Source of the DNA: the human T2T-CHM13v2.0 reference genome, Homo sapiens
Assembly: GCF_009914755.1 (NCBI RefSeq)
Contig: NC_060947.1
Length of the DNA: 64,000 bases
Strand: one strand, 5' to 3'
Positions 1-14,721 of the stretch are shown here, piece by piece. The notes below the pieces were generated by a model, which did no database searches, was not told the DNA's origin, and saw only the letters and a program-made list of their open reading frames with translations. Each line of letters begins with the position of its first letter. The stretch's first letter is position 1. Both the position numbers and the translations under genes were made by a program.

Positions 1-229
1 CCAGTGTGGGCAAAAAGGACACTGTCCTCCAAATATTGCAATTCTATCCTCTGATCACTGCTTGCTGCTTCTGATCACAGATGTGAAGACAAAAAGGCAA
101 GAGACCATTGTTGTTGAACCTCCCCCATTGTTTCAACCCTCTACTCCTCCAGTTGAAGTGACATCCAGAGGATTCAAAGTCCTGGCATCTCTTTTTCCTC
201 CTCTATTTCTCTATTTTCCCCCTTTTGTG

Positions 230-2045
<1,816 letters not shown>

Positions 2046-2830
2046 ATTCACAAAGATACGATATAATGAAAAAGAATGTAGCGGATGCTACCTGGAAGAG
2101 GGGTACTACTATAACAAATACCTAAAAATATGGAAGTGGCTTTAGAATTGGCAATTGGCAGAGGTTGCAAAAATTTTGAGAAGCTTGACAGAAAAAAACC
2201 TACATTGCCTTCAACAGACATTAGTAGAAATATATATGTTAATAAATGCTTTCACTAATGAGGGCTCAGAAAGAAGTGAAAAGTACGGTAGAGAAAACAC
2301 AAATTACCTTAGAGAATACCCAAATCATTGTAAACAAGAGTATTGGTAGAAATATGGATGTTAAAGGTATTGCTAGTGAAGGCTCAGAAGGAAGTGACGA
2401 ACATGTTATTGGAAAACTTGAGAGAAGATGATCTTTGTTACACAGTGGCAGAAAGCTTAGCAGAACTGTCCTACAGTTATGTGGAAAACAGAACTTGCAA
2501 ATGATGAAATTGGAAATTTAGCTGAGGAGATCTTCAGGAAAAGTGTTAAAGGTGTGGCCTGGTGTCTTCTTGCTGCTTATGTAAAATGCAAGAGGAGAGA
2601 GACAAATTGACGAATGAACTGTTAAACAAAAAGAAACCAGGACTTGATTACTTGGGAAATTCTCAGCCCATCCAGATTGCAAAATATGCTAAAATTTAGA
2701 GATTCACTGTCAGGAAAGTATGCTCTAGAGAAAAAGCTGAGGCTGGGGCTGAACAATCTTTTGATAATATCTCAGAAAATCAAAAGGTCAGAGCATTCAG
2801 TCACACAAACTACTCTTTGAAAAGATAAAG

Positions 2831-5800
2831 TGAGCGTTTCCAAGATGGCTGAATAGGAACAGCCCCAGTCTACAGCTCCCAGTGAGATCGACGCAGAAGA
2901 CAGGTAATTTCTGCATTTCCAACTGAGGTACCTGGTTCATCTCATTGGGACTGGTTGAAGAGTGGGTGCAGACCATGGAGGGCAAGCCAAAGCAGGGCGG
3001 GGCATCACCTCACGGGGAAACGCAAGAGGTCAGGGGATTTCCCTTTCCTAGCCAAGGGAAGCCGTGAGTGACTGTACCTGGAGGAGTGGTACACTTCTGC
3101 CCAAATACTGCACTTTTCCCTCGGTCTTTGCAACCAGCAGACCAGGAGGTCCCCTCCTGTGTCTGGCTTGGTGGATGCCACGCCCACAGAGCCTTGCTCA
3201 CTGCTAGCGCAGCAGTCTGAAATCGACCTGGAACACGGGAGCTTGGCAGAGGGAGGGGCATCTGCCATTGCTGAGGCTTGAGTAGGTGGTTCTATGTTCA
3301 CAGTGTATACAAAGCAGCAGGGAAGCTCAAACTGGGCGGAGCTCACCACAGCTCAGCAAGGCCTACTGCCTCTCTAGATTCCACCTCTGGGGGCAGGGCA
3401 TATCTGAACAAAAGGCAGCAGACAGCTTCTGCAGACAGAAATGTCCCTGCCTGACAGCTCTGAAGACAGAAGTGGTTCTCCAAGCACAGCGTTCAAGTTC
3501 TGATAACGGACAGACTGCCTCCTCAAGTAAGTCCCTGACCCCCGTGTAGCCTGACTGGGAGACACCTCCCAGTAGGGGCCAACAGACATCTCATACAGGC
3601 AGGTGCCCCTCTGGGACAAAGCTTCCAGAGGAAGGATCAGGCAGCAATATTTGTTCTGCAGCCTCCACTCGTGAGATACCCAGGCAAACAGCGTCTGGAG
3701 TGGACCTCCAGCAAACTCCAACAGACCTGCAGCTGAGGGGCCTGTCTGTTAGAAGGAAAACTAACAAACAGAAAGGCATAGCATCAACATCAACAAAAAG
3801 GACATCCACACCAAAACCCCATCCGTAGGTAGGTCCCCAACATCAAAGACCAAAGGTAGATAAAACCACAAAGATGGGGAGAAACCAGAGCAGAAAGGCT
3901 GAAAATTCCAAAAACCAGAACACCTCTTCTCCTCCAAAGGAACACAACTCCTTGCCAGCAAGGGAACAAAACTGGATGGAGAATGAGTTTGACAAGTTGA
4001 CAGAAGTAGGCTTCAGAAGGTGGGTAATAACAAACTACTCTGAGCTAAAGGAAATGTTCTGACCCATAGTAAGGAAGCTAAAAACCTAGAAAAAAGGTTA
4101 GACGAATGGCTAATTAGAACAACCAGTGTAGAGAAGAGCTTTAATGACCTGATAGAGCTAAAAACCACAGTATGAGAACTTCGTGAAGCATACACAAGCT
4201 TCAATAGCAGATTTGATGAAGCGGAAGAAAGGAAATCAGTGATTGAAGATAAAATTAATGAAATAAAGTGAGAAGACAAGATTAGAGAAAAAAGAGTGAA
4301 AAGAAACAAACAAAGCCTCCAAGAAATATGGGACTATGTGAAAAGACCAAATCCACGTTTGACTGGTGATCCTGAAAGTGACAGGAAAATGGAACCAAGT
4401 TAGAAAACACTCTTCAGGATATTATCCAGGAGAACTTCCCCAACCTAGAAAGACAGGCCAACATTCAAATTCAGGAAATACAGAGAACACCACAAAGATA
4501 CTCCTCGAGAAGAGCAACCCCAAGACACACAATGGTCAGATTCACCAAGGTTGAAATGAAGGAAAAACTGTTAAGAGCAGCCAGAGAGAAAGGGCGGGAT
4601 ACCCACAAAGGGAAGCCCATCAGACTAACAGTGGATCTCTGTGCAGAAACCCTATAAGCCAGAAGAGAGTAGGGGCCAATATTCAACATTCTTAAAGAAA
4701 AGAATTTTCAAACGAGAATTTCATATACAGCCAAACTAAGCTTCATAAGTGAAGGAGAAATAAAATCCTTTACAGACAAGCAAATGATGAGAGATTACGT
4801 CACCACCAGGCCTGCCTTACAAGAGCTCCTGAAGGAAGCACTAAACATGGATAGGAACAACTGGTACCAGCCACTGCAAAAACATGCCAAATTATAAACA
4901 CCATTGACACTATGAAGAAACTGCATCAATTAACAGGTGAAATAACCAGCTAGCATCATAATGACAGGATCAAATTCACACATAACAATATTAACCTTAA
5001 ATGTAAATGGGCTAAATGCCAAATTAAAAGACAAAGACTGGCAAACTGGATAAAGAGTCAAGACCCACTGGTGTGCTGTATTCAGGAGACCCATCTCACA
5101 TGCAAAGACACACACAGGCTCAAAATAGAGGAATGTAGGAAGATCTACCAAGGAAATGGAAAGCAAAAAAAAAAAAAAAAAAAAAAAAGCAGGGGTTGCA
5201 ATCTTGGTCTCTGATAAAACAGACCTTAAACCAACAAAGATCAAAAGAGACAAAGAAGGCCATTACATAATGGTAAAGGGATCAATTCAACAAGAAGAGC
5301 TAACTACCCTAAATATATATGCACCCAATACAAGAACACCCAGATTCATAAAGCAAGTTTTTGGAGACCTACAAAGAGACTTAGACTCCCACACAATAAT
5401 AATGGGAGACTTTAACACCCCTCCATTGTCAACGTTAGACAGATCAACAAGACAGAAAATTAACAAGGATATCCAGGACTTGAACTCAGCTCTGGACCAA
5501 GCAGACCTAATAGACATCTACAGAACTCTCCACCACGAATCAACAGAATATACATTCTTCTCAGTACCACATAGCACTCATTCTAAAATTGACCAAGTAA
5601 TTGGAAGTAAAACACTCATCAAATGTAAAATAAAACACAAAAAACTCTCTCAGACCACAGTGCAATCAAATTATAACTCAGGATTAAGAATCCCACTCAA
5701 AATCACACAACTACATGGAAACTGAACAACCTGCTCCTGAATGACTGGTGGGTAAATAATGAAATGAAAGCAGAAATAAAGATGGTCTTTGAAACCAATG

Positions 5801-8800
5801 AGAACAAAGACACAACGTACCAGAATCTCTGGGACACATTTAAAGCTGTCTGTAGAGGGAAATTTATAGCACTAAATGCCCACAAGAGAAAACAGGAGAG
5901 ATCTAAAATCAACACCTTAACATCACAATTAAAAGAACTAGAGAAGCAAGAGCAAACAAATTCAAAAGCTAGCAGAAGGCAAGAAATAACTAAGATCAGA
6001 GCAGAAATGAAGGAGATAGAGACACAAAAATCCCTTCAAAAATTCAATGAATCTCAGAAGCTGATTTTTCGAAAAGAGCAACGAAATAGACAGACTGCTA
6101 GCAAGATTAATAAAGAATAAAAGGGAGAAGGATCAAATAGACACAATAAAAAATGATAAAGGGGATATCACCACCAATCCCACAGAAATACAAACTACCA
6201 TCAGAGAATACTATAAACACCTCTACGCAAATAAACTAGAAAATCTAGAAGAAATGGATAAATTCCTCGACACATACACCCTCCTAAGTGTAAAGCAGGA
6301 AGAAGCTGAATCTCTGAATAGACCAGTAACAGGCTCTGAAATTGAGGCAATAATTAATAGCCTACCAACCAAAAAAAGTCCAGGACCAGATGGATTCACA
6401 GCTGAATTCTACCAGAGATACAAAGAGAAGCTGGTACCATTCCTTCTGAAACTATTCCAATCAATAGAAAAAGAGGGAATCCTCCCTAACTCATTTTATG
6501 AGGCCAGCATCATCCTGATACCAAAGCCTGGCAGAGACACAACAAAAAAAGAAAATTTTAGGCCAATATCCCTGATGAACATCGATGTGAAAATCCTCAA
6601 TAAAACACTGGCAAACCGAATCCAGCAGCACATCAAAAAGCTTATCCTCCACAATCAAGTTGGCTTCATCCCTGGGATGCAAGGCTGGTTCAACATACAC
6701 AAATCAATAAACATAATCCATCACATAAACAGAACCAATGACAAAAACGACATGATTATCTCAATAGATGCAGAAAAAGCCTTCGACAAAATTCAACAGC
6801 CTTCCATGCTAAAACTCTCAAAAAACTAGGTATTGATGGAACCTATCTCAAAATAATAGGAGCTATTTATGACAAACCCACAGCCAATATCATACCGAAT
6901 GGGCAAAAACTGGAAGCATTCCCTTTGAAAACTGGCATAAGGATGCCCTCTCCCACCACTCCTATTCAACATGGTATTGGAAGTTCTGGCCAGGGCAATC
7001 AGGCAAGAGAAAGCAATAAACGGTATTCAAATAGGAAGAGAGGAAGTCAAATTGTCTCTGTTTACAGATGACATGACTGTATACTTAGAAAACCCCATTG
7101 TCTCAGCCCAAAATCTCCTTGAGCTGATAAGCAACTTCAGCAGTCTCAGAATACAAAATCAATGCGCAAAAATCACAAGCATTCCTATACACCAATAATA
7201 GAAAAACAGAGCCAAATCATGAATGAACTGCCCTTCACAGTTGCTACTAAGAGAATAAAATACCTAGGAATATAACTTACAATGGATGTGAAGGACCTCT
7301 TCAAGAACTACAAACCACTGCTCAAGGAAATAAGAGAGGGCACAAACGAATGGAAAAACACTCCATGCTCATGGATAGGAAGAACAAATATTGTGAAAAT
7401 GGCCTTAGTGCCCAAAGTAATTTATAGATTCAATGCTATCCCCATCAAGCTACCACTGACTTTCTTCACAGAATTGGAAAAACCTACTTTAAACTTCATA
7501 TGGAAGCAAAAAAGAGCCCGCATAGCCAAGACAGTCCTGGGCAAGAAGAACAAAGCTGGAGGCATCACACTACCAGACTTCAAACTTTACTACAAGGCTA
7601 CAGTAACCAAAACAGCATGGTACTGGTACCAAAACAGATATACAGACTAAAGGAACAGAACGGAGGCCTCAGAAATAATACCACACATTTACCACCATCT
7701 GATCTTTGACAAACCTGACACACACAAGCAATAGGGAAAAGATTCGATATTTAATAAATGGTGTTAGGAAAACTGGCTAGCCATATGCAGAAAACTGAAA
7801 CTGGACCACTTCCTTACACCTTATACAAAAATCAACTCAAGATGGATCAAAGACTTAAATGTAAGACCTAGGACCATAAAAATCCTAGAAGAAAACCTAG
7901 GCAATACCATTCAGGACATAGGCATGGGCAAAGACTTCATGTCTAAAACACCAAAAGCAATGGCAACAAAAGCCAACATTGACAAATGGGATGTAATTAA
8001 ACTAAAGAGCTTCTGCACAGCAAAAGAAACTATCATCAGAATGAACAAGCAACCTACAGAATGGGAGAAAAATTTTGTAAACTATCCATCTGACAAACGG
8101 CTAATATCCAGAATCTACAAAGAACTTAAACAAATTTACAATGAAAAAGCAAACAACCCCATCAAAAAATGGGCAAAGCATATGAACAGACACTTCTCAA
8201 AAGAAGACATTTATGCAGCCAACAGACATATGAAAAAAATGCTCATCATCACTGGTCATTAGAGAAATGCAAATCAAAACCATAATGAGATACCATCTCA
8301 CGCCAGTTAGAATGGCGACCATTAAAAAGTCAGGAAACAACAGATGCTGGAGAGGTTATGGAAAAATAGGAACCCTTTGACACTGTTGGTGGGAGTGTAA
8401 ATTAGTTCAACCATTGTGGAAGACAGTGTGGCGATTCCTCAAGAATCTAGAACTAGAAATACCATTTGACCCAGCAATCCCATTACTGGGTATATACCCA
8501 AAGGATTATAAATCATTCTACTATAAAGACACATGCACACGTATGTTTATTGTGGCACTATTCACAATAGCAAAGACTTGGAACCAACCCAAATGTCCAA
8601 CAATGATAGACTGGATTAAGAAAATGTGGCACATATACACATGGAATACTATGCAGTCATAAAAAAGGATGAGTTCATGTCCTTTGCAGGGACATGGATG
8701 AAGCTGGAAACCATCATTCTCAGCAAACTATCACAAGATCAGAAAACCAAACACCGCATGTTCTCACTCATAAGTGGGAGTTGAACAATGAGAACACATG

Positions 8801-8994
8801 GACACAGGGAGGGGAACATCACACACTGAGGCCTGTAGGGGGTGGGAAGCTAGGGGAGGGATAACATTAGGAGAAATACCTAATGTAGGTGAAGGGTTGA
8901 TGGGTGCAGCAAACCACCATGGCACGTGTATACCTACATAACAAAATTGCACGTTCTGCACATGTAACCCAGAATTTAAAGTATAATAATAAAA
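2831..8994 (+). mobile_element. Full-length L1PA (L1PA6-like), ORF1 and ORF2 disrupted, antisense to MORC4
   Basis: 5' CAAGATGGCTGAATAGGAACAG; ORF1 about 3874-4897, ORF2 about 4961-8784 with EN/RT remnants, stops and frameshifts; A tail; TSD AAAAGATAAAG at 2820-2830 and 8995-9005. Confidence 0.95.
3005..3268 (-). CDS. L1 ORF0-like antisense ORF (87 aa, MADAPPSAKLPCSRSISDCCASS...)
   Basis: Resembles recalled L1 ORF0 (MAGAPPPASLPPCSLISDCCASN...); ATG in GCAATGG context; no internal stop; translation unproven. Confidence 0.6.
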   Translation of the reverse strand: MADAPPSAKLPCSRSISDCCASSEQGSVGVASTKPDTGGDLLVCWLQRPREKCSIWAEVYHSSRYSHSRLPLARKGKSPDLLRFPVR

Positions 8995-9178
8995 AAAAGA
9001 TAAAGCCTGTGACTCACAGATCTCCATAGCCATCTCAGCTGGAGCCAAAAAATAGATATAGGATTCCCTAGGAAAGACCTGCCAAGAGCCTCTTGTTGGA
9101 TGACATGAATATACATGACACGCATGGGAGACTCACAAGGTTCTTAAGAATGGCACGCTAGCATGAAAGCTAGCTTGA

Positions 9179-9481
<303 letters not shown>

Positions 9482-10063
9482 AAAGCTAGCTTGAATTGAA
9501 AGGGATGGAGAGAATCCTGTTTGACCCTCAAAATTCTACAGTCAGGAAACAGGCTGATGAAACTACTCAGCTGCCAACACATGCTACCCTTCAGGAAAAA
9601 GGAAAGACAGCTTTGAGGGTGGAGCCCTAAGTCCAGAGGGCAAAGCCTCAAGACTAGAGGATGAAGGCCTTGACATTTAATGGAATGTGCCTGGCTAGAT
9701 TTTGAAAATGCCTGTGACCTGTGACCCCTTTTTTCCTTTTAGTTTCTCCCCCATTCAAACAAGAATATATATAATTAGTATCCTATGCTTGTCCCACCAC
9801 TGTACTTTAACAGCAAAATACAAAAAAGAAAATACATATCCACAGATGTAGAGGAGTTTTGCCCTAAGATGTGCCATACTCAGAGTATTGCCCTTATGTG
9901 ATTTAGATAATGAGATTTGAGACTTTTGAGCTGATGACATTTACATGAAATTTTTGACTCTGCATTGATGCTGTAATGGGTAGGGACTTTTGGAAACGTT
10001 GGGACGGGGTGAATATATTTTGCATATGAGATGTAAGTGGAATCTGAGAGAACAAAGGGCAGA

Positions 10064-10525
10064 CTGTGATAGACATAATAATGTTTACACAGCAAGTGGG
10101 AATTTAGGTTACTCATCAAGTTGACCTTAAGATAGGAAGAATATCCTGAATTATCCAATGTAATCACAAGGGACCTTAAAAGTAGAAGAGTGCAGCAGAA
10201 GAGTCAGAATCAGAGAAGATGTGATGACAAAAGCAAGGTCATCAGAGTGATGCAATATGAGGACTCAACCTGTCACTACTAGCTTTGAAGGTGATGGAAG
10301 AGGGCCATGGGCAAGAAATGCTGGCAGCCTCTATAAGCTGGAAAAGACAGGAAAATGGATTATTCCCTAGAGCCTCCAGAAAGGAATGCAGCCCTGCCAA
10401 CACCTCGATTATAGCCCAGTAAGATCTGTGTAGGACATCCAACCTACAGCACGCTACGACAGTAAATTAGTATTGTTTTCAGCCACTAAGTTATGTGGTA
10501 ATTTGTTATGACAGCAATAGAAGAC
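10064..10525 (+). mobile_element. MLT1D/C-like LTR (3' LTR of the MaLR)
   Basis: CTAGAGCCTCCAGAAAGGAATGCAGCCCTGCCAACACC and AGCCACTAAG...GGTAATTTGTTA hallmark segments. Confidence 0.8.
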
Positions 10526-10655
10526 AATTTCTGTGGTTTATAGACAGAAGTTGAGTATCACTGTATTTCCCTCAAAGATGTAAAATACCTCATGGCTCTC
10601 CTATGAATTCATTATGTGTAGCTTAGTATGTAATTTAGGAATGATGGTTCTAGGA

Positions 10656-10833
10656 CAGAGGTCAGCAAACTGGAGCCAAATCCAGCCCACTGCCTGTTTT
10701 TGTAAACAAAATTTTATTAGACATACCCATGCCAATTCCTTTACTTATTGTCTATGGCTGCTTTCATACTACAGCAAAATCAAGTAGTTGTGACCCTTTC
10801 TGGCCCTTTTCAGAAAAAGTTTACCAACTGCTG
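10656..10833. mobile_element. MER58-like hAT MITE
   Basis: Ends CAGAGGTCAGCAAACT and AGTTTACCAACTGCTG; typical interior. Confidence 0.7.
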
Positions 10834-12229
10834 CTCTGGGGTATGGCTCTACTCTACTCATTTAACTTGATTTGCCTTCACTCTAGCTATATCCTGTTAT
10901 CTCCTCTCTCCATATTCTTACCATTCTGAGTTCCTGTCACTACCTTAGCTCATGCTACAATTCCATCCTAGAATTCCCTTTCCTCTCTTCCACATCTTAT
11001 ATCATGTGAGACATATCTCAAGTCATACTTTCTACCCAAAACCTTCCCCATCTCCTATATCAAGGCATTTTCCCCATAACATACTACTTAGGTTTTGGTT
11101 GATTAAAGAGCTTTTTTATTGCTCGCCAAATTACTTCATATATGTTACAATCTGTTTATACAAATGACTGTAAGCTCCACAACTGTTAAAAGTGGTATTA
11201 CAGATGATTTATTTGTAGACATTCCAGCAGTATGATGGCTGGTATCTCTTTTATCATTTGCAGGTTTTGATATCTATAATACTCATAGGATGAGTTTGTT
11301 ATAGCAGACAACCTTCTCTAATCCCTCTCTTAAATTCCTTTTTTTAATTTAAATACCTTTTCATTTTATATAAAATAAATTGAATAAAAAAGGGCAATGG
11401 TGCCAGAATTGGCATGAGTTATGCAAATTTGTTATCCTCAAAAGACTGTACGCAGAATAGTATACTAGTTCCCTGTTTTTAATAAAGTGTGTAGCAGATG
11501 TTATGCTAAGTAAGTCAGAAATCCTGTGTGTTCAACTGAATAAATCTACTGTCTACAGACTATCTCTATCTGATCCACTGCAATCACCTCATCATACCAA
11601 AACTAGACATCAAAAACCAAAGATCTAATGCCTGTAAAATTTTAAAGGTAGACTTGGGGGGTTGGTGGCAAAGATGATATAGAAAGATGTTAAATAATTT
11701 TTAATATCTAACATTTGAATTTCACAAATCTTAATTATTTAGGTAGTCATCAGCAATTCACTATTCCTTTCACTCAATTGAAACATAATAACTTGACTCG
11801 GAGACTTCTGTCAAACTAATGTCATTCCTAAGCTTTCACTTAGAGTTAAGTCCTGGTCAAAGATTTCCATTATGGGCCAGATTTACATTTAAATGACCAT
11901 TTTACTTAGACTGAGGGCAGGTAGTTGTCATAACCACTGAGTAGCCCAAGTAACCATGAACCAATTACCCTGAAATTAATTTGGAGTTGCCATTCAAATA
12001 GTTATCTCTCTCAAACACTAAACCTAAAATTCTTGTGGTTACAGACAAATTAAGGTACAAGACTTGACTTTATTACAGTTTGGGCACAAAACAAAAGAGA
12101 TTTGGGAAATTTCTTTTCTCCCACTCTAAGAAAAATATTTGCTACTGAGACTTCAAGGAAAATGACCGCAAATGTCCTCATGCCTTCTTTCTCCATACTC
12201 CCAGAATACCTCTTACCCTTTTTTGCCCT

Positions 12230-12520
12230 TACAGATACTTCCCTCTGCTTAGAATGTCCTTCCTCTATTGTCCACCTAGAAAACTTTTCCTTCATATTTA
12301 ATATCAAATATAATCTGCTTTGTGAAGCCTTCCCTGACTCCCTTAAGCATATTTAAAGTTCTCCCCACTTTGCACATACCCCCTATTAAAGCAATTATTT
12401 TATAAGTATTTAAGTTTCTTATTTGCATACATATTTGTTCATAGGTATCAAAGAGTCTTATTTTTCATCCTTAGTACCTGGCACATAGAAGCTGTCTCAT
12501 AATACTTAATGAAATAAAGA
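12230..12520 (+). mobile_element. L2 3' fragment
   Basis: GTGAAGCCTTCCCTGAC...AGTACCTGGCACATAG. Confidence 0.6.
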
Positions 12521-13105
12521 CCCATCTCCCTCTCGACATTTTTTAAACAAACTATTCTAACCTGGCTTTAAAAACTCCTTTCGAAAAATATCCCTACTGG
12601 TTCAGCCATAATGTCGAGTTCCTTTCAGATTCTTACCTGTTTGCCTGCCCTATTAAATCTAGATGCTTTAATGAAAGCACATGTCTTTCCTGCTGTTCCA
12701 TCACTTTGCTCTAAATCTGTTCACTGGCTTCAAGAAAAATTTTTGGAACAAATTTCAAACTGCTTTTTTTTATCCAATGTATTCCATAACTTCAGATCCA
12801 TTCATCTGTTTCCATTAAGATCAATTCCAAAGCTTTTCATTTCCCCAGAAATCTTTTACCAAATTACTCCTATGCTCTTTGCATAATTTCTAAAGGTAAG
12901 GTTTATCTCAACGAGACTCCATATATCATTCAGCAAACTTTAATTTAAAAATGAAAGCATTTTATCTCTAATCTTGGAAAACAAATTTGAAGTAATTCTC
13001 AGTTAACTTATTTAGCTGCTTTTTAGAGATGGTTTTAGAGGCTTTAGAGAACAGAATCATATCTGAACAAACTAACGGAAGCACCTCAGGTTGGGAGTGA
13101 CTCAC

Positions 13106-13206
13106 CGGTACTCCTTGGTATACTCAAAGTCTTGTTTGTTGTAGGCAGGTTTTAGGAAATTGCACTCAATGACTCCAATTACTCCTACACCTTCTCCACG
13201 AGTTGG
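13106..13206 (-). CDS. MORC4: MORC4 exon 9 ([34 protein letters not shown], 101 nt); gene continues past left edge
   Basis: Acceptor TTCTAAG|CCA, donor CG|GTGAGT (phase 2); GVIGVIE and NKQDF MORC motifs. Confidence 0.96.
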
Positions 13207-14039
13207 CTTAGAAGAAAATATTAATTTCAACACTTACATTACTGTTGGCTGCCTGGAGGCATTTCCTTTTGATTCCAAACAATAATAGAAAGGTTACATA
13301 ACCTTCATGGGCAAGAAAAGACCATCAAGATCTAGAGAAACACTTAGAATGTACATCAACAGACTGCAAGCATTAAACTGAACTAGAAATTCTGACAAAT
13401 TCTAGGGCAGAGATTTTCAAAATATGATCCATAGATCCCTAGGAGTCTTCTGCAATTAGTAGCCATCTCTACTTCACCCACACTACCTCCACTTTTATCT
13501 GCTTTATATTCCAGGACTGCCATAAGACTGCATTTGAATAAAGAATTACCGTGCTAAAAAACCAAGGTTATATACTACTGTTCTAAGGAACTGAAACAAA
13601 TATTCATCTGAAAACAATTTTAAGGGTTCTGTGTGATCCTATATTAAAATAAACAATTTTCCCACATACATAGGCCACCAAACAACTACTAAAGAGTCAC
13701 ACTTACAGCAATTATTAATTACAAGTTGACGCAAGAGTTTTATAGATTTAAATCATATTCTAATTCTTTAATGGAAGAAACTAAGTAAAGGTGTAATTGG
13801 ACTGGAACACAAACACGAGTTGTCTAAAGGTGCTATAACAAGGGAAAACAAAATAGGCTGAAAACGAGCTATCCTGGGCTTTATATAACTGTCTTACTAT
13901 GTTGAAGCAGTTCATCATTTTTTGTGCTTTAGCAATCTTATCTGTAAAATAGGAATAAAAGGGATACTTGTAGACATTACTACTTTAAATAATCATTAAG
14001 ACATTAAAGATGATGGTAAAATTTGTATAGAGTGGTTTA

Positions 14040-14275
14040 AAAAATATTTTCACATAATTTATCCCATTTAAATCTCTCAACCCTGTAAGCTGTGAGGCAG
14101 GCAAAGCAGGTATGCTTATTATTGTTGTTTCCACTTTACATAAAGGTCAGGAAATTGAGCTTCAGATAAATTAAACAATTTATCCAAGGTTACACAGCTT
14201 GTAAATGGAAAATTCAGGACCCAAATCCTGGTCTTCAACCACCATATTTTATATGCCTTCCACTATGCCTTATTG
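14040..14275 (-). mobile_element. MIR
   Basis: GAAATTGAGCTTCAGA...CCAAGGTTACACAGCT core. Confidence 0.65.
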
Positions 14276-14601
14276 TCTCTCCAAGAAAATGGAGTTACCT
14301 AAAACACAAATAAGCTGACACACATGGTAAGCTTGCTGGTATTCTAATTCTGCCTCTTATTGACAGCTACTTAGAAAATGCATTCAGTAAAGTTGTTGGG
14401 TTGATTAACAGCTGAAGAATGAGAGTTAGAAAGAGATTTCAACACAAGACAGCTCACTGGTAACACAATTCCAGGATCAGAATTCAATAAGCATCATAAG
14501 ATGGGAGTAAAAGCCATTAATGAGCCTATCCCCTTTGCAAATTTTAAATTCTCTTCCTACTCTTTTCAGCCTCCTATGACAAAGAAATATTAACTACTCA
14601 C

Positions 14602-14721
14602 CTTCACCTGGCACCCCACCTTCTCAAAAGATTTTATGAGTCGGTTGTTATGATACATCATTATTCCAAACTGGTTACTATTCTTGCAAGAGAACCCAAA
14701 GGTGATTCTCACCTGCTTATT
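14602..14721 (-). CDS. MORC4: MORC4 exon 8 ([10 protein letters not shown]...[19 protein letters not shown], 120 nt)
   Basis: Branch site TCCTTAAC then CTCAG|AAT; donor AAG|GTGAGT; MORC S5 YHNNRLI motif. Confidence 0.96.

Noticed and set aside
5156-8662. L1 ORF2 pieces as an active retrotransposon or host gene
   Set aside because: Multiple stops and frameshifts.
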